This document shows, piece by piece, positions 1 to 6,059 of a stretch of DNA of 7,135 nt (positions are counted from its first letter, which is position 1; each line of letters opens with the position of its first letter). Made by a program: the position numbers and the translations under genes. Origin of the DNA: Octopus sinensis (Eukaryota); NCBI RefSeq assembly GCF_006345805.1, contig NW_021828953.1, forward strand, positions 1 through 7,135, given 5' to 3'. Under the pieces are notes generated by a model that worked only from the letters and a program-made list of their open reading frames with translations, did no database searches and was not told the origin of the DNA.

Positions 1-55
1 ATCTACCTATTTATTTATCTATCCATCTATCCATCTATTCATCCATCCATCTCTT
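1..55. repeat. Degenerate (ATCT/ATCC)n tetranucleotide microsatellite
   Basis: atctacctatttatttatctatccatctatccatctattcatccatccatct read directly from the sequence. Confidence 0.8.
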
Positions 56-348
56 TATAAATATATATGTTGATCTATCCAGGTAGTTATGAATTCGATA
101 TGGCATGTTGTTTATGTGGTGTATGCAAAATGGCATACATATATTTGAATGTATATTCATATATACACATGTGGGAAGTGAAGGTGTTAATATGTATATA
201 CCTTTAGATATATCATTGGAAATTATACATACTTATATTCATTATTATGTCATAACAAAGTCAGATTTAAATGTTAAACAACAAAATTTTAATTGAAATT
301 AAAATATTAATTACGGGTGTGTGTAATATGAATATACGTGCGTGCGTA

Positions 349-358
349 TCTCTCTCTC

Positions 359-428
<70 letters not shown>
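349..428. repeat. Compound (TC)n(TA)n microsatellite
   Basis: (TC)n at about 349-398 followed directly by (TA)n at about 399-428. It is the source of the SLSLSL/YIYIYI and ERERER ORFs. Confidence 0.95.
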
Positions 429-433
<5 letters not shown>

Positions 434-434
<1 letters not shown>

Positions 435-536
435 GCGTGCCCTGTAGCAAGAAGCTTGCTTCCCAACCACATGGCTCCGGGTTCAGTCCCGCTGCGTGGC
501 ACCTTTCGAAAAAGTCTTCTACAATAGACTCGGGCC
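434..536 (+). mobile_element. tRNA-derived SINE, 5' head fragment, 3'-truncated (octopus-type SINE)
   Basis: B-box-like GGTTCAGTCCC at 480-490. It shares AAGAAGCT.GCTT.CCAACCACATG and AGTCTTCTA.AATAG.CTCGGG with the reverse complement of 731-1052 and with 3741-3790. Family assignment comes from recall of octopus repeats. Confidence 0.8.
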
Positions 537-624
537 ATATATATATATATGAAATAAAAAAGAGCGAAAAATCTACAGAAGTCTTGAATTATAAGGTTAA
601 AGAATATATTTAAATCTATATGTA

Positions 625-703
625 AGAAAAATGTTATAAAATTTTGTGTATAGTATCATAGTTTTTGGAGGTTACTATACACAAAATTTTATAACATTTT
701 TCT
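625..703. repeat. Perfect 31-bp inverted repeat with 17-nt spacer
   Basis: 625-655 AGAAAAATGTTATAAAATTTTGTGTATAGTA is the exact reverse complement of 673-703 TACTATACACAAAATTTTATAACATTTTTCT. Confidence 0.95.
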
Positions 704-730
704 AATATAACGACTTTAGTCGTACAGATT

Positions 731-1052
731 GCACCGCCTTTAGTTGAACAGATTGACCCCCAGGAATTATGTGTAAGCCCAATAGGTATTCTATCGGGAT
801 CTTTTGCCGATAGCAGCTAAGTTACGGGGACGTAAAAGCACCAACAAGAGATGGTGGTAGTCAAACACAAACATACACACACACACACACATATATATAC
901 GACGGTCTTCTTTCAGTTTCCGTCTACCAAATCCACTCACAAGGCTTCGGTCCTCCCGAGGCTATACTAGAAGACACTTGCCCAAGTGACTGAATCTGAA
1001 GCCATCATGTGGTTGGTAAGCTAGCTTCTTACCACCCACCCACTCGTACGCC
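731..1052 (-). mobile_element. Near full-length tRNA-derived SINE, lacking its extreme 3' tail, with a small deletion just after the B box
   Basis: The reverse complement reads GGCGTACGAGTGGGTGGGTGGTAAGAAGCTAGCTTACCAACCACATG...CTTGGGCAAGTGTCTTCTAGTATAGCCTCGGG...GCCTTGTGAGTGGATTTGGTAGACGGAAACTGAAAGAAG, then an internal (TA)(TG) tract, then TTTACGTCCCCGTAACTTAG...GGCAAAAGA...GGGGTCAATCTGTTCAACTAAAGGCGGTGC. The head matches 434-536 and the 3' half matches 2034-2256. Confidence 0.85.
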
Positions 1053-1110
<58 letters not shown>

Positions 1111-1153
1111 GTGTGTGTGTGTGTGTGTGTAAATGCATATATATGTATATGTA
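1053..1153. repeat. (TA)n(TG)n compound microsatellite
   Basis: Direct reading. It lies between the SINE 5' end and the mariner left terminus. Confidence 0.95.
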
Positions 1154-1349
1154 TACTAGGTCTGATCAATAAGTATTCGATTGTTGCTATAGTAATGAAC
1201 CTAAAGTACTCAAATTGAAGCCCCTTAGCATAAATTAATTCTTGACCTCTGCTATACATGCACAATATGTTTTAATGTTCTAGCTCACATCCCCTCTTTA
1301 CAGTAGTGCTTGGAAGTAACGTGTTTAGCGTGTGATCATCGCATTGACC

Positions 1350-1751
1350 ACGACAGAAAAGGTTGCCATGGCGATACCTTCTCATACGTCTACACATAGT
1401 TGGAGAATGTGCATGAAGAGGAGTGTATGAGCGGCACATTTCAGACGTTTCCAAGATGGCCGAAAATTTATCGATAGTGGCGAACGTTCTGGGAGACCTC
1501 CAAACAGCAGAAATGAGAAACACATCGCAGATGTGCGTGCAGCAATGTGGCGAAACCGTTGAATCACCATTCGTGAGTTATCAGGGGATGTGCAGATTAG
1601 TTACGGTTCAGTTCAGTCCAGTATAACAGAAGATTTGGGTATTTGATGCGTGCCTGGCAAGTTTGTGCCAGAACTGCTTTCAGCTGACCAAAGGGACACT
1701 CCGGTTTCACCAACATGAGATCTCCGTGATTGTGTCGAGAACGATGAAAAC
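1350..1751 (+). pseudogene. Mariner transposase pseudogene, N-terminal DNA-binding region only (no DD34D catalytic domain)
   Basis: The frame from 1440 reads FRRFQDGRKFIDSGERSGRPPNSRNEKHIADVRAAMWRNR*ITIRELSGDVQISYGSVQSSITEDLGI*CVPGKFVPELLSADQRDTPVSPT*DLRDCVENDEN. This includes RSGRP (1485-1499), the second HTH and KFVPELL (1659-1679, equivalent to the mariner WVPHEL linker). In-frame stops occur at 1560, 1644 and 1716, and the start position is degraded to ACG (1350). Confidence 0.88.
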
Positions 1752-1754
1752 GGA

Positions 1755-1836
1755 TTTTGCGAAGGCCTCTGAGCAGGTAACGCCAGGCTTTTGGCAACAT
1801 TTGATACAGATTTTTCTGCTCAACTTTCTCTGTGAT
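1755..1836 (-). pseudogene. Second, inverted copy of the mariner transposase N-terminus (about 27 codons)
   Basis: The reverse complement gives (ATC)TEKVEQK, then with a 1-nt frameshift ICIKCCQKPGVTCSEAFAK, matching the mariner N-terminal EQRxxIKFCxKLG pattern. It aligns with 1350-1398 on the + strand. Confidence 0.8.
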
Positions 1837-2033
1837 GGTCAATACAACGATCACACGTTACACATGTTACTTCCAAGCACTGCTGTAAACAGCGGAAGTG
1901 AGCCACGACGTTAAAACTTAGTGCATATTGCACATCAGAGATCGAGGTCAATCTGTGCCCAGTGGCTTTAGTGTGCAAACTTTAGCTTTGTTACTATGGC
2001 AACAGTCCGGATACTTATTGATCAGACCACGTA

Positions 2034-2256
2034 TATTTATGTGAGTGTATCTTTGCGTCTGTGTTTGTTAAATCAGTATTGCATGAGATCCGACGTTGCA
2101 TTTACGACCCGTAACATAAAGGTTGAGCAAAATATACTGATAAAATAAGTAGTAGGCTTACACAGAATATGGCCTGGGGTCGATTCCTTCGGCTAAGCAC
2201 TCTTTAAGTTGGTGCTCTAGCATGGCTTCGGTCAAGTGACCGAGGAAAGTCTAAAC
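2034..2256 (+). mobile_element. Diverged SINE 3' half (same superfamily), 5' head missing
   Basis: TTTACGACCCGTAAC...GAGCAAAA...GATAAAATAAGTAGTAGGCTTACACAGAAT...CCTGGGGTCGATT...GGTGCTCTAGCATGGC...GTCAAGTGAC matches the reverse complement of 731-900 and of 3659-3734. Confidence 0.75.
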
Positions 2257-2279
2257 AGACCCCAGTGCATTTTCAACGT

Positions 2280-2281
<2 letters not shown>

Positions 2282-2313
<32 letters not shown>

Positions 2314-2381
2314 ACAACAACAATAACAATAACAACTACGACAACAACAATAATAACAACAACAATAATAACAACAACAAC

Positions 2382-2413
<32 letters not shown>

Positions 2414-2452
2414 CAATAATAATAATAATAAAAATAATGATAATAATAATAA
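2282..2452. repeat. (TA)n followed by (AAC/AAT)n trinucleotide microsatellite
   Basis: Direct reading. It is the source of the poly-N/T/I and poly-Y/C/V ORFs. Confidence 0.95.
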
Positions 2453-2615
2453 TGTGACAACAAAAGTATGAATGAGACCTCGACATTATGTAAATATATG
2501 ATATAGGAGAATAAGTTAGTTGTCATAAATATACCAGGTATCCTCATAACTTACTAAGCTTTTAACTCGGGAATCTGAAACTCTGAGTATTATTATGACA
2601 ACTAACTGATTGTCC

Positions 2616-2697
2616 TATATTATATGTATGTTTCTATGTATGTGTCTATATATATATATATGTGTGTATGTATATGTATATGTGTATAGATAGATAG

Positions 2698-2766
<69 letters not shown>
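2616..2766. repeat. Degenerate (TA/TG)n grading into (GATA)n (about 2686-2766)
   Basis: Direct reading. Confidence 0.9.
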
Positions 2767-2958
2767 TACGAATGTATGTATGCATATCCTGCTAAGTGAT
2801 ACGCTTTTAAAATTGTTAGTTTTATTATTATCTCATAGAATTATATAGCATGGCCATATATTGTTGACGTAACACATTCACTTACATTTCATTTTCACAC
2901 TACGTGTGTAAAATGCGTAATATACATATATCCACACTAATACAAATATTCGTACATA

Positions 2959-3020
2959 ATACATACATACATACATACATGCAAACATACATACATACAA
3001 TACATACATACATACATACA

Positions 3021-3050
<30 letters not shown>
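2959..3050. repeat. (TACA)n tetranucleotide microsatellite
   Basis: Direct reading. It is the source of the MYVC repeats in ORF 2900-3424. Confidence 0.95.
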
Positions 3051-3052
<2 letters not shown>

Positions 3053-3165
3053 AGATATCCTAAATTTGTAGTTGAAATTCCAATGAAGGAAACTTGGATC
3101 TAGGTTGGAAACCGGCTCTTTCTGTATTGGCAAGAAATCTTGAAATAAAACTGAATAATGACAAA
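3051..3165. repeat. Probable interspersed-repeat fragment of unknown class
   Basis: AAATTTGTAGTTGAAATTCCAATGAAGGA...TTGGATCTAGGTT.GAAACCGGCTCTTTCT...GGCAAGAAATCTTGAAATAAAACTGAATAATGACA resembles a (TACA)n-associated repeat I recall from octopus DNA. There is no second copy in the window, so this rests on recall only. Confidence 0.35.
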
Positions 3166-3658
3166 CACAATTCCGTATCGATATCAGTAAGTATCTGTGT
3201 AGAAGGAGGCGCTCATATATGTGTCTGTCAGATAGATGAACAGATATTTGGTTAAATAATTGCCTCCTGAAGACGTAAATGAAAATAAATCTCATAGTGT
3301 CTTTCAATTTAAGGAATTTTGGATAGAATGTACAAAAGCGGAAAATCGTTTTATGACGAAAGCATATGTTCCATGAGCCTGCAAATGGCATATTCTTGTA
3401 TATCACCGATGTTTCCGTCAGCACATAATCCGTCGTCGCCCTTAATCTAGATAAATTACCAGTGATAAGAGAACTGAGAGAGCATCAATGGTGGTGTCAA
3501 ACGTAAACAGGAATCTGTATTTGTTTAATTTAAGTTTCTAGCAGTTCGTGGTATTTTAAACGCATGAGAGGTGTGTAATTTGTTGGTCAGGTGTATATTA
3601 ATCAAGTATTATTACGTAACCATGTATGGCCTAGTAATACTCCAACTGTCGCATATGT

Positions 3659-3743
3659 TCTTTTATTCCTTTATCCATTTTAGTCATTGGACTGCGGCCA
3701 TGCTGTAGCACCGTTTCTATTCGAAGAAATCGACATTAGGACT
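3659..3743 (-). mobile_element. SINE 3'-end fragment
   Basis: TTTTAGTCATTGGACTGCGGCCATGCTGTAGCACCG...AAATCGAC...AGGACT is the reverse complement of the SINE 3' end seen at about 2170-2256. Confidence 0.75.
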
Positions 3744-3790
3744 GCGTGGCTGCTTAGGCAAGTGTCTTCTACTATAGCCTCGGGCCGACC
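3741..3790 (+). mobile_element. SINE internal 5'-region fragment, fused in opposite orientation to the preceding fragment
   Basis: ACTGCGTGGC...TTAGGCAAGTGTCTTCTACTATAGCCTCGGGCCGACC matches 491-536 and the reverse complement of about 950-985. Confidence 0.8.
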
Positions 3791-3791
3791 C

Positions 3792-3847
<56 letters not shown>
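3792..3847. repeat. (TA)n microsatellite
   Basis: Direct reading. Confidence 0.95.
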
Positions 3848-3848
<1 letters not shown>

Positions 3849-3852
<4 letters not shown>

Positions 3853-4130
3853 TTTTGCGTTTTATATTCGTCTTTTTGCTGTCCCGGTGTTCGTATGCAT
3901 TCGATCCTTCTTCCAGGAAATACGCTCCCAGCTTAGTTTTTCTAATGCTCGTTGCTTAGTTTTTCTTGGAGGGCTGGCCGGATCTAGTAATCTCAAGATT
4001 AATCAGCGAAATTACTACGATGATCGGTTCTTGACTGAAGACTGAGGGCTTCGAATGTCCTGTCCGTGTTTATTGTATCGTCTTCTAAGAGTTATGCGTT
4101 CTTGTCCCTGTTTGTATTTTTCTACATATC

Positions 4131-4133
<3 letters not shown>
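3849..4133. repeat. Probable interspersed repeat cassette bounded by (TA)n arrays, class uncertain (possibly Penelope-related)
   Basis: A pyrimidine-skewed segment of about 285 bp between two (TA)n arrays. It contains CTGAAGA...CGAATGTC (4035-4059) and a 13-bp direct repeat GCTTAGTTTTTCT (3931-3943, 3954-3966). Resemblance to an octopus repeat is from recall only. Confidence 0.4.
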
Positions 4134-4197
<64 letters not shown>

Positions 4198-4198
4198 G
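4134..4198. repeat. (TA)n microsatellite
   Basis: Direct reading. Confidence 0.95.
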
Positions 4199-4201
4199 CA
4201 C

Positions 4202-4382
4202 ATTTTTCCTCCGTCCTCCCTTCCTTGGATCTTTCTATTTCCTATGTTTCTGACGAAGAGCTCCGCTCGAAACGTTAAGTCCTCCTTCTTTCTTTCCTTT
4301 CCTGAACGTCCAATAACACTATACTAGTTCCACGTCCTCGCGTTGTTGTGTTTACTCTTGGTGTTTTCATGTTTGGATTAAC
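4202..4382 (+). mobile_element. Penelope-like element (PLE) terminal-repeat fragment / solo pLTR-like
   Basis: A pyrimidine-rich segment of about 180 bp bounded by (TA)n on both sides, with the CTGACGAAGAGCTCCGCTCGAAACGTT motif. This CTGANGA...CGAAAC signature is characteristic of PLE terminal repeats. No RT or GIY-YIG coding sequence is visible. Confidence 0.65.
4246..4280 (+). ncRNA. Minimal type I hammerhead ribozyme motif
   Basis: Stem I 5' strand GUUU (4246-4249); core CUGACGA (4250-4256); extra A (4257); stem II GAGC-ucc-GCUC (4258-4268); GAAA (4269-4272); palindromic stem III ACGU (4272-4275); cleavage triplet GUU ending at 4276; stem I 3' strand AAGU (4277-4280). Confidence 0.65.
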
Positions 4383-4431
<49 letters not shown>

Positions 4432-4460
4432 TGTGTGTGCATGTGTGTGTGGGGGGGGTG
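4383..4460. repeat. (TA)n(TG)n compound microsatellite ending in a G8 run
   Basis: Direct reading. Confidence 0.9.
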
Positions 4461-4473
4461 TACGTATGTATGT

Positions 4474-4535
4474 ATTCTTTTATTCTTTCATTCTTTTATT
4501 CGTTTCAGACATGCGGCTGTGGTCATGCTGGAGCC
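4474..4535 (-). mobile_element. SINE 3'-tip fragment
   Basis: TTCTTTTATTCGTTTCAGACATGCGGCTGTGGTCATGCTGGAGC is similar to 3661-3710 (reverse complement of the SINE 3' end with its short tail repeats). Confidence 0.6.
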
Positions 4536-4652
4536 ATGGAATGTATGTATATATGAATGTAACACTTTCTGCATGTTTGTGTTTAAGATGTTTGTGCTTA
4601 AGTTTGTTTCGTGTATATAACCGACTATATATATACGTGTGTGTGAGCGTGT

Positions 4653-4780
4653 ATATATATATAAATAAATTTTACAAAAATATAAAAATTTATAAATATA
4701 AATTTTAAAATTTCTAATTTTAATAATTTAAATTTAAAATATTCATATATAACTATATATATATATATATATATATGTAT
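4653..4780. repeat. Extremely AT-rich low-complexity tract plus (TA)n
   Basis: Almost exclusively A/T (ataaataaattttacaaaaatataaaaatttataaat...). Confidence 0.8.
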
Positions 4781-4884
4781 ATTATACTAATTATATTCAT
4801 TTTTTGTTTTTTATGTTTTGGTTTATGTCTATCACTGTTTGAGTTGCCTAATAGTGGTTTTATCTTTAATTTAATATATATATA

Positions 4885-5264
4885 TCTCTCTATATATAAA
4901 CGGCAGTTTGTCTGTGCGTGTTTCTGTGTGTCTGTTTGCTTGTACCCTCACCCTGAACACGGCTTTCAACCGATTCTGATGAAACTTGACACACACATAG
5001 CCCAATGTCATAATTCAAAACTAACGCAGCGAAAATTTTGAAAAGTTCCCCCAGTTCTGAAAAAAATCCATAAATTCGACATGGGTTGAGAATCAAAAAA
5101 AACAAACACAGACTGTAGGGGACGCAACTCCACCTTTTTACTCTCAAAATAAAATTTACCATCATTTTTTTTCCATTTTTTTGCTATTTTTTGCTATAAC
5201 TCTCTAAAGATGCTTTATAGTTATTTCCCTTACAAACCTGAGCAACGCCGGGCGATACTGCTAG
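4885..5264 (+). mobile_element. Non-autonomous Helitron (380 bp)
   Basis: The 5' end is A|TC(TCTC)TATATATAAAC at 4884/4885, followed by a GTTTGTCTGT-type tract and CCGATTCTGATGAAACT. The 3' end has a GC-rich hairpin CCTGAGCAACGCCGGG (5237-5252), an 8-nt spacer and CTAG|T (5261-5265). The A|T target and the lack of TIR or TSD fit the canonical Helitron layout. Confidence 0.8.
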
Positions 5265-5265
5265 T

Positions 5266-5450
5266 ATATATATATATGTATTTATACAGACACATACGCA
5301 CACATATATGCCTATAACTATGATATGTTTATTTCGTGCATCTATTGTATATCTGTGCATATATGTGTGTATGTGAATGTGTATACGAGCATACATGTAT
5401 ATGTGTGTGCGTGTGTACGTGCGGGCATGCATGCGGGCCTGTATGCGTGT
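5266..5450. repeat. Degenerate (TA)/(CA)/(TG)/(CG) dinucleotide repeat tract
   Basis: Direct reading. Confidence 0.7.
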
Positions 5451-5649
5451 TAACGAACTTTGGGGTCTTCTTAAACTTTCCTTCCTAAAACAAGCAATTA
5501 ACGCGACATTGTGAACAAACAAACAATAATTTTAGTTTGGAAGGAATCAATCATATCATGAAGTAAATAACACAGTATAAGCTGTAGTATTGATGTAGTG
5601 GAAGATGTAGTATAGATGTAGAAAAGATTTGAATACGATAAAAGAAAGG

Positions 5650-5657
5650 TGACGTCA
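5650..5657. promoter_or_regulatory. Perfect CRE palindrome TGACGTCA (function unproven)
   Basis: Exact match to the CREB/ATF consensus. A single 8-mer can arise by chance in 7 kb. Confidence 0.2.
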
Positions 5658-6059
5658 TCAAGCTGATTGCTTTGTCAAGCGGAAAGTAGTTTTCAATGAG
5701 TATTCTAGAGTTAAAGATGGAAAAGAGGGGGAGAGGCAGGTGAGGATACGGCTGTTCTTAGAAGTAGGATGATGCGTTGCTATACAACCTTAAATACCGA
5801 ACCGTTGTTATTTCTGCTGCCCTTTGATCTGCGAGGAAACTTGCCCTTAATAAAGTAGGATAATCACTAAAGATTCCACAGATCCTTCTCATCATGCGGC
5901 AAGATAAGTGCTGATATGACCGGAAGCAGTATGGCGTCCTCGACGGAAAGAAATATTTCGGATTCTTCTTGTTAGTTTCTTGTTGTTGAGAACAAACGCC
6001 ACGAGGGGTCTTCTGCGCACATATCTCGAGTAATGATCCATCTTGGCAGTAACAGCGGT

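Larger units (their letters stand above)
1156..2031. mobile_element. Non-autonomous Tc1/mariner (mariner-type) structure made of two inverted 5' ends
   Basis: The termini CTAGGTCTGATCAATAAGTAT (from 1156) and ATACTTATTGATCAGACCACG (to 2031) are inverted copies flanked by TA (1154-1155, 2032-2033). Inverted homology continues for more than 200 bp at roughly 75% identity by hand alignment. Transposase remnants lie inside. Confidence 0.9.

Noticed and set aside
434-505. Possible tRNA gene (B-box-like GGTTCAGTCCC)
   Set aside because: No cloverleaf can be formed and the sequence continues into SINE body shared with other copies, so it is a SINE head.
105-613. ORFs 105-296, 267-470 and 338-613
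   Set aside because: Non-ATG starts or microsatellite/SINE-derived content (YIYIYI, ERERER, SLSLSL).
1272-1914. Listed ORFs 1272-1523, 1382-1570, 1423-1626, 1597-1854 and 1663-1914
   Set aside because: Off-frame or antisense readings of the mariner remnant. The true transposase frame is broken by stops; only TEKVEQK in 1597-1854 is real homology.
731-2256. Single ancient inverted duplication explaining the whole quasi-palindrome
   Set aside because: The right side lacks the SINE head that a mirror copy would have, and the two SINE 3' halves differ in indels. Independent insertions fit better.
2900-3424. 174-aa minus-strand ORF
   Set aside because: The C-terminal third is the (TACA)n repeat (MYVC units), the middle overlaps a probable interspersed repeat, and I recognise no domain.
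4035-4059. Second hammerhead candidate CUGAAGA...GAAUGUC
   Set aside because: It has GAAU instead of GAAA, two extra nucleotides before a weak stem II, and no stem I pairing next to the core. Not called as a ribozyme.
4976-4986. CTGATGAAAC inside the Helitron, resembling a hammerhead core
   Set aside because: There is no stem II between CUGAUGA and GAAA (the motifs overlap). It is part of a common Helitron internal motif.
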